A DNA stretch of 64,000 nucleotides, taken from assembly GCF_022045235.1 (NCBI RefSeq), contig NW_027266266.1, positions 6,200,001-6,264,000 of the forward strand. Reading direction: 5' to 3'. Position 1 is the first letter of the stretch. The number at the start of each line of letters is the position of its first letter. Shown piece by piece: positions 10,897 through 22,397 of this stretch. Position numbers and translations under genes: made by a program. Under the pieces are notes generated by a model. The model was not told where the DNA came from. It ran no database searches and saw only the letters and a list, made by a program, of their open reading frames with translations. The DNA comes from Haliotis cracherodii (Eukaryota).

Positions 10897-13360
10897 ACGT
10901 CTTAGTAAGTACGTGATGGTAAATCAACACGAGGCCTCAGTAAGTACGTGATGGTAAATCAACACGAGGCCTCAGTAAGTACGTGGTGGTAAATCAACAC
11001 AAGGCTTCAGTAAGTACGTGGTGGTAAATCAACACGAGGCCTCAGTAAGTACGGGATGGTGAATCAACACGAGGCCTCAGTAAGTACGGGATTGTAAATC
11101 AACACGTCTTAGTAAGTACGTAATGGTAAATCAACACGACGCCTCAGTAAATACGGGATGGTAATCAACACGAGGCCTCAGTAAGTACAGGATGGTAAAT
11201 CAACACGAGGCCTCAGTAAGTACGTGGTGGTAAATCAACACGAGGCCTCAGTAAGTACGGGATGGTAATCAACACGAGGCCTCAGTAAGCACGTGATGGT
11301 AAATCAACACGAGGCCTCAGTAAGTACGGGATGGTAAATCAACACGAGGCCTCAGTAAGTACGTGGTGGTGAATCAACACGAGGCCTCAGTAAGCACGTG
11401 ATGGTAAATCAACACGAGGCCTCAGTAAGTACGTGATGGTGAATCAACACGAGGCCTCAGTAAGCACGTGATGGTAAATCAACACGAGGCCTCAGTAAGT
11501 ACGTGATGGTAAATCAACACGAGGCCTCAGTAAGTACGTGGTGGTGAATCAACACGAGGCCTCAGTAAGCACGTGATGGTAAATCAACACGAGGCCTTAG
11601 TAAGTACGGGATGGTAAATCAACACGAGGCCTCAGTAAGTACGTGGTGGTAAATCAACACGAGGCCTCAGTAAGTACGGGATGGTAAATCAACACGAGGC
11701 CTCAGTAAGTACGGGATGGTAATCAACACGAGGCCTCAGTAAGTACGTGGTGGTAAATCAACACGAGGCCTCAGTAAGCACGTGATGGTAAATCAACACG
11801 AGGCCTCAGTAAGTACGGGATGGTAATCAACACGAGGCCTCAGTAAGTACGTGATGGTGACTCAACACGAGGCCTCAGTAAGTACGTGATGGTGAATCAA
11901 CACGAGGCCTCAGTAAGTACGGGATGGTGAATCAACACGAGGCCTCAGTAAGTACGTGGTGGTAAATCAACACGAGGCCTCAGTAAGTACGTAATGGTAA
12001 ATCAACACGACGCCTCAGTAAGTACGGGATGGTAATCAACACGAGGCCTCAGTAAGTACGTGATGGTGAATCAACACGAGGCCTCAGTAAGTACGGGATT
12101 GTAAATCAACACGTCTTAGTAAGTACGTAATGGTAAATCAACACGAGGCCTCAGTAAGTACGGGATGGTAAATCAACACGAGGCCTCAGTAAGTACAGGA
12201 TGGTAAATCAACACGTCTTAGTAAGTACGTAATGGTAAATCAACACGAAGCCTCAGTAAGTACGGGATGGTAAATCAACACGAGGCCTCAGTAAGTACGG
12301 GATGGTAATCAACACGAGGCCTTAGTAAGTACGTGATGGTAAATCAACACGAGGCCTCAGTAAGTACGGGATGGTAAATCAACACGAGGCCTTAGTAAGT
12401 ACGGGATGGTAATCAACACGAGGCCTTAGTAAGTACGTGATGGTAAATCAACACGAGGCCTCAGTAAGTACGGGATGGTAATCAACACGAGGCCTCAGTA
12501 AGTACGGGATGGTAATCAACACGAGGCCTCAGTAAGTACGGGATGGTAAATCAACACGAGGCCTCAGTAAGTACGGGATGGTAAATCAACACGAGGCCTC
12601 AGTAAGTACGGGATTGTAATCAACACGAGGCCTTAGTAAGTACGGGATGGTAATCAACACGAGGCCTCAGTAAGTACGGGATGGTAAATCAACACGAGGC
12701 CTTAGTAAGTACGGGATGGTAATTCAACACGAGGCCTCAGTAAGTACGTGATGGTAATCAACACGAGGCCTTAGTAAGTACGGGATGGTAATCAACACGA
12801 GGCCTCAGTAAGTACGGGATGGTAATCAACACGAGGCCTCAGTAAGTACGGGATGGTAAATCAACACGAGGCCTCAGTAAGTACGTGATGGTAATCAACA
12901 CGAGGCCTCAGTAAGTACGTGATGGTAATCAACACGAGGCCTCAGTAAGTACGTGATGGTAATCAACACGAGGCCTCAGTAAGTACGGGATGGTAATCAA
13001 CACGACGCCTCAGTAAGTACGTGATGGTAATCAACACGAGGCCTCAGTAAGTACGGGATGGTAAATCAACACGAGGCCTCAGTAAGTACGTGATGGTAAT
13101 CAACACGAGGCCTCAGTAAGTACGTGATGGTGAATCAACACGAGGCCTCAGTAAGAACGGGATGGTAAATCAACACGAGGCCTCAGTAAGCACGGGATGG
13201 TAATCAACACGACGCCTCAGTAAGTACGGGATGGTAATCAACACGAGGCCTCAGTAAGTACGGGATGGTAATCAACACGAGGCCTTAGTAAGTACGGGAT
13301 GGTAATCAACACGAGGCCTCAGTAAGCACGTGATGGTAATCAACACGATGCCTTATTAAG
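10897..13360. repeat. 34/35-bp satellite, subfamily A
   Basis: Unit CAGTAAGTACGGGATGGTAAATCAACACGAGGCCT; lies in insulin intron 2. Confidence 0.97.
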
Positions 13361-13377
13361 GTTTCCACATGTATAAA

Positions 13378-13570
13378 TGACCCGTGAAGATCCGGGGTAG
13401 AATAGGTCTTCAGCAGCCCATGCTTGCCGTAAAAGATGACTATGCTTGTCGTAAGAGGCGACTGACGGGATCAGGTGGTCAGACTTGCGGACTTGGTTGA
13501 TGCATGTCATCGATCCCAATTGCGTGGATCGATGCACATTATATCAATCACTGGATTGTCTAGTCCAGAC
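13378..13570 (+). mobile_element. Family N element, 3' truncated, between satellite subarrays A and B
   Basis: Matches the 5' two-thirds of 23482-23752. Confidence 0.88.
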
Positions 13571-15710
13571 TTAGTAAGAACGTGACGGTAATTCAACATA
13601 GCTCCTTAGTAAGGGCGTGATGGTAAATCAACACAGCTCCTTAGTAAGGACGCGATGGTAAATCAACACAGCTCCTTAGTAAGGACGTGAAGGTCAATCA
13701 ACACAACTCCTTAGTAAGGACGTGGTGGTAAATCAACACAGCTCCTTAGTAAGGACGTGAAGGTCAATCAACACAACTCCTTAGTAAGGACGTGATGGTA
13801 AATCAACACAGCTCCTTAGTAAGGACGTGCTAGTAAATCAACACAGCTCCTTAATAAGGACATGCTAGTAAATCAACACAGCTCCTTAATAAGGACGTGC
13901 TAGTAAATCAACACAGCTCCTTAATAAGGACATGCTAGTAAATCAACACAGCTCCTTAGTGAGGACGTGGTGGTAAATCAACACAGCTCCTTAATAAGGA
14001 CGTGCTAGTAAATCAACACAGCTCCTTAATAAGGACATGCTAGTAAATCAACACAGCTCCTTAATAAGGACATGCTAGTAAATCAACACAGCTCCTTAGT
14101 GAGGACGTGATGGTAAATCAACACAGCTCCTTAGTGAGGACGCGGTGGTAAATCAACACAGCTCCTTAATAAGGACATGCTAGTAAATCAACACAGCTCC
14201 TTAGTGAGGACGTGGTGGTAAATCAACACAGCTCCTTAATAAGGACGTGCTAGTAAATCAACACAGCTCCTTAGTGAGGACGTGATGGTAAATCAACACA
14301 GCTCCTTAATAAGGACGTGATAGTAAATCAACACAGCTCCTTAGTGAGGACGTGCTAGTAAATCAACACAGCTCCTTAATAAGGACGTGCTAGTAAATCA
14401 ACACAGCTCCTTAATAAGGACATGCTAGTAAATCAACACAGCTCCTTAGTGAGGACGTGATGGTAAATCAACACAGCTCCTTAGTGAGGACGTGGTGGTA
14501 AATCAACACAGCTCCTTAATAAGGACGTGCTAGTAAATCAACACAGCTCCTTAATAAGGACATGCTAGTAAATCAACACAGCTCCTTAGTGAGGACGTGG
14601 TGGTAAATCAACACAGCTCCTTAATAAGGACGTGCTAGTAAATCAACACAGCTCCTTAATAAGGACATGCTAGTAAATCAACACAGCTCCTTAATAAGGA
14701 CATGCTAGTAAATCAACACAGCTCCTTAGTGAGGACGTGATGGTAAATCAACACAGCTCCTTAATAAGGACGTGATAGTAAATCAACACAGCTCCTTAGT
14801 GAGGACGTGCTAGTAAATCAACACAGCTCCTTAATAAGGACGTGCTAGTAAATCAACACAGCTCCTTAATAAGGACATGCTAGTAAATCAACACAGCTCC
14901 TTAGTAAGGACGTGATAGTAAATCAACACAGCTCCTTAATAAGGACGTGATAGTAAATCAACACAGCTCCTTAGTGAGGACGTGCTAGTAAATCAACACA
15001 GCTCCTTAATAAGGACATGCTAGTAAATCAACACAGCTCCTTAATAAGGACGTGCTAGTAAATCAACACAGCTCCTTAATAAGGACATGCTAGTAAATCA
15101 ACACAGCTCCTTAGTGAGGACGTGGTGGTAAATCAACACAGCTCCTTACTGAGGACGTGATAGTAAATCAACACAGCTCCTTAATAAGGACATGCTAGTA
15201 AATCAACACAGCTCCTTAGTGAGGACGTGGTGGTAAATCAACACAGCTCCTTAATAAGGACGTGCTAGTAAATCAACACAGCTCCTTAATAAGGACGTGA
15301 TAGTAAATCAACACAGCTCCTTAATAAGGACGTGCTAGTAAATCAACACAGCTCCTTAGTGAGGACGTGATGGTAAATCAACACAGCTCCTTAATAAGGA
15401 CGTGATAGTAAATCAACACAGCTCATTAGTGAGGACGTGATGGTAAATCAACACAGCTCCTTAACTAAGGAAATGAAGGTAAATCATAACAACATCTCAG
15501 TAAGGACGTGCTAGTAAATCAGCACAGCACCGTAGTAAGGACGTGATGGTAAATTAACACGTCTTAGTAAGCACGTGGTGATAAATCAACACGTCCTAGT
15601 AAGCACGTGATGGTAAATCAACACAAGGTATTAATAAGGACGTGATGGTAAATCAACACGTCCTAGTAAACACGTGATGGTAAATCAACACAGCGCCTTA
15701 GTAAGGACGT
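13571..15710. repeat. 35-bp satellite, subfamily B
   Basis: Unit TA(G/A)T(A/G)AGGAC(G/A)TG(A/C/G)T(A/G)GTAAATCAACACAGCTCCT; homologous to subfamily A. Confidence 0.97.
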
Positions 15711-16031
15711 TGTGGGTTTTTCAGCTTGGCTTCAGAAAACTTCTTCCTGTCTGGAATTGAAAAGCTGTACTTACTATCGATATGAAAAGTGTATTGAAAA
15801 GTACTCACACACTCACTCACTCACTCACTCACTTGATTTATTATGTTGATTTACTAATTGAGAATTAAAAACACTTTGTTGGCTTGTTGGTTTTGTTTGT
15901 TAGGCTTACAACTTTTTGATCAGCCCTCGTGTCACCTCCTTCCTATCACCTTTCACAACCACCCGTTCGTAGCGACCCCTACACATCTACCTCTGAATAT
16001 CCACCCCTTTTTATGTGAATGTCTTCTTCAG

Positions 16032-16195
16032 ATGGCGAGTCCGGCAAGGAATTAGTGAAGTACAGAGCGTCCAAGAAGTCTGCGTTCTCCTTCCTGGACA
16101 AGCGGACCGGGTCGCAGGGATTTATCTGCGAGTGTTGCTGGAACCAGTGTTCGGGCCGAGAGCTTGTTGAGTACTGCCATGCCGGTCAACAGTAA
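16032..16195 (+). CDS. Molluscan insulin-related peptide, coding exon 2 (C peptide and A chain)
   Basis: Acceptor gtcttcttcag|AT is phase-compatible. Reads (D)GESGKELVKYRASKKSAFSFLD-KR-TGSQGFICECCWNQCSGRELVEYCHAGQQ*. A-chain pattern C-x-CC-x3-C-x8-C follows a dibasic site. Spliced total 118 aa. Confidence 0.93.
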
Positions 16196-17425
16196 CAGTG
16201 AACACAAGCGTTTACGTGACCTAAAGTGCCCTTTAAGCTGCAGCTTAGTGTCATACATATTCGCCAGACACCCTGTATAAATAGTCGACCATGAACACAT
16301 TCGAACGAAGGTTGGTTGGAAATGTGAGTCATATTTAACGTGTCATTGTGTTAAATACACTGATAGTAATTATTTTTGTCAGTTGCCCAAATATACATGA
16401 ACGTCTTAGAGGCAACGTTTATTACAAAAATGTATGTTTTCAACAAAGGAAATTTTGTATAATTGTTAAATGATTGCTATGAACGAATGTTACATGTCAG
16501 CCAGTCATACAGTCGTCTAAAGGATAAAACAATCCTCCACAAAAAAAACAAAAAACAAACAAAATATAACCACAAATTATTGAATTAAGATTATACTTAT
16601 TAAAATAGTTTTAATACATTTTGAACAGTTTACAAAAGCCAATATTCTGATAGTAACACGTGTGGCCCACTCAACTTTGGCGCCATATATCGCTGTACAG
16701 AGTTGCCTCCCTTGGACGTGCCCGAATCTACATTCGTGACCAACTCATGCCATTCCGGGACAAGCACAATGTAGCCGTGTTGGCTACGGGAACATATCCG
16801 AGTGGTGTCGAATGGGAAATCTATTGTGGGTATGAGCATTTCTAGGTTTGTCACTGCTATATTCGGGCTTAGCGCTATGATTGACGTACGTCTATATTTA
16901 AGTATGGGAATCACGATCGACTTAGCGCTAAGATCGCTTTGTGGAACAGGGCCCTGCATGACTTCGGGCTTCATTCCTACCTGTGATGGCACGCTGTGGC
17001 ATAACTGAAATACCCTTAGCGCCGGTAGAGCCAACTCCTGTAGTCATTCTTAAGCTCCACTCCAGAGCGTGATACCCCTGTTACCTTCCAGGTATCATAG
17101 TATGTAGAGAGCCCCGCGAACGGACTATGCCTGTGAGGAGCTCGAATGAGCATATTCTACTCTACTCAAAGCGCAACTGTTCTTATGTCGGTTTTGAGAA
17201 TGTCAAAGACTGGGAAAGCTATAGGCTTTACTTAGTTTCGTTCAATATCCTATAAAAAAGCTATCCTTTAATTTTGTGAAACGAGAAATTCGATTCCGGA
17301 AAATGATTATTTCACAACCACGACCACTGGATCTGAAAACTTACGTGTGTGAATATTGTGTGCCAATAAACATGGATTGGACCATTAGTTACCTCCTAGC
17401 ACTTGGCTTGTGTTTGCATATGAAG

Positions 17426-17705
17426 AGTGAGTGAGTGAGTTGGGTTTAACGCCGCTTTTAACACTATTCAAATTATATCGCGGCGTGTCAACTTAATGTG
17501 GGAGGAAAGCCCGAAGTGATGCAGATGTCAGACGTTTACCACTTCGGTGAAACCCACGGGCACGGGTATGGTGCTGACAAACCTAGAAACATAATCGGGG
17601 CGAACCGGGATTGGAACTCACAATCATAGGTTTCTGGCGTGCCCAAGGGAAGCAACTCTGCACAACGAGTCGCGGCGCCTTAGACGACTGGGCCACCCGT
17701 GCCCC
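17426..17705 (-). mobile_element. Family V SINE
   Basis: Full-length reverse copy; TATGAAGA on both sides. Confidence 0.9.
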
Positions 17706-18140
17706 TGACTATGAAGACAGTCTGCCAAGTGTGTAGATCGATGCTCATAATGTCAATCACTGGACACAAGTACGTGTACTTAATTTGATGATACTTAGAA
17801 CAAAATAATTTGTGTCAAAAGTCCTGGAAATATATAATTTGGCTTGAGGTTTAACCTGAAAAGATGGGTTGTTCGCTGTACACGTCGGATCATGATGTCA
17901 ATCACTGGACTGTCTGGTCCAGAGTCGATTATATACAGACTGCCGTCATATTGCTGGAATATTGCTTTGGTGGCGTTAAACAACAGATATTCAAACATAA
18001 TGTAGACATTCAGTTGTGTTTTGGCCTGTATACCTCGAAATGCGTTGCAACAAAGCTGGCTATGGTGGTAAAATGAAGTAATTGTGTTTTACAAGAAAGA
18101 CACAATTCTATGGATAACAACTTCTTTAATACTGTGAAAA

Positions 18141-18178
18141 GCGACGTTTCGGTATAGATCCTTATACCGTTGTCAAGC
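18141..18178 (-). ncRNA. Minimal hammerhead-ribozyme-like motif (U3-A8 variant) of Penelope type
   Basis: GC-UUGACAA-C-GGUAUA aggauc UAUACC-GAAA-CGUC-GC. Second copy at 19389-19426 has one stem mismatch. Confidence 0.6.
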
Positions 18179-18193
18179 AAGACTGAATGAGGG

Positions 18194-19288
18194 TACTTAC
18201 TTACTTATATTGGAGATTTAACGTGCGCTTTCCGACTGCAAGCGTATGTCGCACACGGGCCCGGCCAGGCCATTTAATGTGTTTCCAAAAAGGGGAAAAG
18301 TGAGTTTGTGCAACCCAGGAGGGGGCTTTAGGGGTTACTTATATAGTAATTTTGAAATTTTGAGATTTGGAAAGAATGCCAAGAGTGGGTGGGGGACGAA
18401 CTAAGGGAGCTGTGTGTGTTGGGTGGTTATCTAATAAGGTAGTTTTGATTTTAATATTTTATTTGGGGTTTAAATGCGACTAATTAGTCCTGTTTTTATT
18501 AGGTATATGCCTAAGGCTTTGAATTTTTCTAATTTATTTTGTGGATTTAGGATTGATTCTAGTGTAAGTCCGGTTTTAAGATTTAGGGTGGTCTGTAGTG
18601 TTGTTCGATGTGTTTGGCAGTGTGTGCAGTGAATGAGTACGTGTTCTGGTGTTTCTTGTTGTTTGCAATGTGGGCAGTTTCCTGTTGTGTGTAGTTTAGC
18701 TATTTTACGGTGATTATTTAGTTTGGTGTGGCCTGTTTGTAGTTTGGTAATTATTCTGTCGATTTTTTTGGATGGGTGTAGTATTTTGGGTTTATTTAGG
18801 GTTTTTTTGAGTACTTTCCTGATTTGGCTATTTGAGTTTTGGTATATATTTTGCCATTTTTTGTTAATTTTTTGTTTAGTGACACTTTTGATTTCTGATT
18901 TTGAGCTGGGTAAGTTTAGGCTTATTTCTGGGAGTTTAAGGGATAATTTTGCTGCTTTATCTGCCTTTTCATTTCCAAAGATTCCTACGTGGGCGGGGAT
19001 CCAAATGAACTCTATTTGTTTACCTACCTTAGTTAAGTTGTTTGAGCTATTGAGTATTTGATTTATTAGTTTGGGGCGGTTTTTAGTGTTTTTATTTTTG
19101 AGGGCTTGTAGTCCACTGAGGGAGTCGGTTAGGATGAGGATTTTTTGGTGTTTTTTAGATTGCTGATTGTGTAGTGCTGAGGCCATGCCCATTAGTTCGG
19201 CCGTGAATATGGATTGGTTGTTTGGGAGTCGGTAAGATTGTGTGTCTTTGGTTGGTTGTGCGATGTGGACTCCGAAACCTGTGTGTTT
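18194..19288 (-). mobile_element. 5'-truncated I/Nimb-group LINE (RNase H, C-terminal zinc finger, 3' UTR)
   Basis: Frame 19288-18470 is uninterrupted: SIFTAEL, ILTDS, WIPAHVGIFGNEKADKAAK, CPHC..ETPEHVLIHC. Tail CACGTTAAATCTCCAATAT(AAGT)n. Flanked by a 153-bp direct duplication. Confidence 0.9.
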
Positions 19289-19475
19289 TGCGTTGCAACA
19301 AAGCTGGCTATGGTGGTAAAATGAAGTAATTGTGTTTTACAAGAAAGACACAATTCTATGGATAACAACTTCTTTAATACTGTGAAAAGCGACGTTTCGG
19401 TATAGATCCTTATACTGTTGTCAAGCAAGACTGAATGAGGGACATAGTACAGAATATATATAGTAGGTGGAGGAT

Positions 19476-19599
19476 TAACAGTAGAGGATTAACAGTAACA
19501 ACAATTGCATACATGAGTGGGATAACATTGGTAGGTGATTGGTGGGATGTTATCCCACTCATGTATGCAATTGTTGTTACTGTTAATCCTCTACTGTTA
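19476..19599. repeat. Perfect 53-bp inverted repeat with 18-nt loop
   Basis: 19476-19528 is the reverse complement of 19547-19599. Confidence 0.92.
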
Positions 19600-20665
19600 T
19601 GCCTATCAAACAATTTAATTGTGTTTTATCTTGTACTTCTTTGTTTACATCGCACTCGGCAATATTCCAGACATATCACGGCAACCTTGAAGTGATCGTG
19701 TCCGGATAAACCATGAGTTGGTATAAAAAGCAATCCCCTATTCGAGGGTCACGATAACCTGCGTCAACGAAGTCACCAAGCCAGCACACCTGATCCCATC
19801 TGTTCGCCTCACACAACAAGCCAAGAGCGCCCGACTACCCTTAAACCTAAGGGCTACCTAACCCTAACCCTATAATCTAAGGGCTACCTAACCCTAAACC
19901 TAACCCTAACCCTAACCCACCTGATCCAATCTGTTCGCCTCAGACAAGAAGCCAAGAGCGCCCGGCTACCCTATAATCTAAGGGCTACCAAACCCTAACC
20001 CTAACCAACAAATCGGTGCATCGGGGTATCCAACAATTTCGGTTTAGTTTCATGTTATGTGTTTATATCCACTTTGATGTCCTACTTCTTATGCATTCGA
20101 TCTCCTGTGTAATATTTAACGACTGGCTTATACTCGCTGTATATGATATGCAGTATCACAGCTGTGGCCCCCACTACAATGTTACCATGGCAACATGCCT
20201 GCATTTTGGTATGTTTCTTACTCAACTCGGGTGTTGACGTAATAACAGTAAAAACGCAAGTACTTAATTTGATCATATTTAGAAAATATAATTTGTGTCA
20301 AAAAGTACTAGAAAGATATTATTTTGCCTCAGGTTTAACTTAAAAAGATGGGTTGTTCACTGTACATGTCTTGACACAAACGTGCAAAAAAATGGAGAAA
20401 ACAAATTTACGTTTTGAAGTATTGACCAAAATAGAATATGATGTGTCTAACAAACATTCCAAACTGCGGTTGAGCTGTGTGTATGAAAGCCCAGTATCTG
20501 ATGATGCCCCGGACAGTGTCTTGTCCACCAAAACAACAACCTCAGTATCAAACTACTGTAGATTTAAGAGTTTTGCTCTGTGCACATTTACTAAAGTTTT
20601 ATCGCTACACCAGGCACAGACACCAGACTATTCATGTAGTCAATCGTGAAGGCTTCAGACCAAAA

Positions 20666-20831
20666 GGGGGGCGGTCGGGTAGCCTAGTGGTTAAAGCGTT
20701 CGCTTGTCACGCCGAAGACCCGGGTTCGATTCCCGACATGGGTGCAATGTGTGAAGCCCATATCTGGTGTCCCCCGCCGTGATATTGCTGGAATATTGCT
20801 AAAAGCGGCGTAAAACCATACTCACTCACTC
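20666..20831 (+). mobile_element. Short tRNA-Asp-like SINE (family D)
   Basis: TAGCCTAGTGGTTAA A box, GTC anticodon-like loop, GGTTCGATTCC B box, tail GCTGGAATATTGCTAAAAGCGGCGTAAAAC then (ACTC)n. Confidence 0.9.
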
Positions 20832-21901
20832 AGATCTAAAGGATTTTCATGGGAAGATGACGATGAACTCAGCCCAAGATGATGTAGACTCTCCATGCCG
20901 TGTTCCGTCTTTGACGGACCAGATGGAATAGTAAGACACATCATAAAAATATAGGTTTTGACAGTGTCAGGAAGGATGGTGTTGCTGGAAAGGTAACGCG
21001 CACCGTTAGAGCTACAGAGATGTTATATTCCAGTAAATAAATACAGAAAGAGCTATGAAATATGAAGACAAAATACCAGGATGGATCGGCACATGACGCT
21101 TTTGTTGACACATATAGAGTTCTGTATCACCAGATTGGCCTATGAGTCACCGCCTCTATGTAAATTTATGATCCAATATATCTCGGGTCAAGTTTCACTA
21201 CGAAAGTCAATGCTTTTACACAATGCTTTTAAAATTAAATGGAGAGCCAATACTATTAAACATCTAGGTGGATTAAGGGTCGAAGTTGCGTGTTGGTCAA
21301 AAGGAGTTTCTGACTCCATTGACACTGGGTACACATGCCAACTCAGGCCTAACAGGGGGTGGCGTTTACACTCGCCAAATGTTGCAATAGCGCGGGTGCA
21401 AAATCATGTACTGAAACTCTAAAACTAAAACAACAGAACATTATGAAAAGTCCAAACTAATGTAACATGGTGTTCCCATTGTAGTAATATATTGTATGTG
21501 TTGTTGATAAGACAGTAGAACTGGAGTGTTCACCAGTGTGATGAAACCCACAAGCCTGGGTGTGGCGCGGACAGACCAAACCTAATCGTGTAGAATCTGA
21601 GATTCGAACCTTGGGTCAGCTGATCTCGGCCCTGCTGAAGGACACAATTTTGCGCATCATGAAATTGCGTCTCAGACAGCCTGGCCACCCATGACCTGAA
21701 ATAGTAAAGTAGGACTTCATGGCTTTACCGACATACGAGTATACTGCAATACCTTTTCAATAGATACATATTGCAATATTTTGTTCTGTGTTCCGGAATA
21801 TTGAGTAAACATAATGTAACAAGTTTGGTTATTTTGTTTTGTTTAACATAAACCCTTCACAGAAATGCTTTCACAAATGATGTTTCCCTTCGAAACTGAA
21901 T

Positions 21902-22063
21902 GGGGGCGGTCGGGTAGCCTAGTGGTTAAAGCGTTCGCTCGTCACGCCGAAGACCCGGGTTCGATTCCCGACATGGGTACAGTGTGTGAAGCCCATTTCT
22001 GGTGTCCCCCGCCGCGATATTGCTGGAATATTGCTAAAAGCGGCGTAAAACAATACTCACTCA
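21902..22063 (+). mobile_element. Family D SINE
   Basis: TSD TTCGAAA(C/T)TGAAT. Confidence 0.9.
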
Positions 22064-22397
22064 TTCGAAATTGAATGACAAAATGGCGGAAACGAGGAAG
22101 GATTTTTCCCTCACGTTGGCGTGGTCAGACCATGCAGACTTTGACTTCGTAATACTAGTATTGACTTTACTGTGTAGCAAATATGACCTGCATGTACAAT
22201 CAGTGTCAAAAGCTTCATCTCCCATTATATCGCAATACGTATCGCAGTACACTTCCGCTGGTGGTAATCCTTTGATTCGTGAGAAGTGACACTGAGTTAC
22301 GTTTGAGACGAGCTTGTTTATTGGACATGTAATCCCATTCGATAAATATGGCGTCTGTGGAGGTCAGAGGTGAAAGTTGTGACTTCAAACTGTGAGT

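Noticed and set aside
10897-15710. CRISPR-like appearance of 35-bp repeats
   Set aside because: Units are head-to-tail with no unique spacers, there are no cas genes, and the context is eukaryotic.
20666-20745. Possible tRNA-Asp genes (and tRNA-Leu-like heads elsewhere)
   Set aside because: No proper acceptor stem; always attached to the same body, tail and TSDs, so these are SINE heads.
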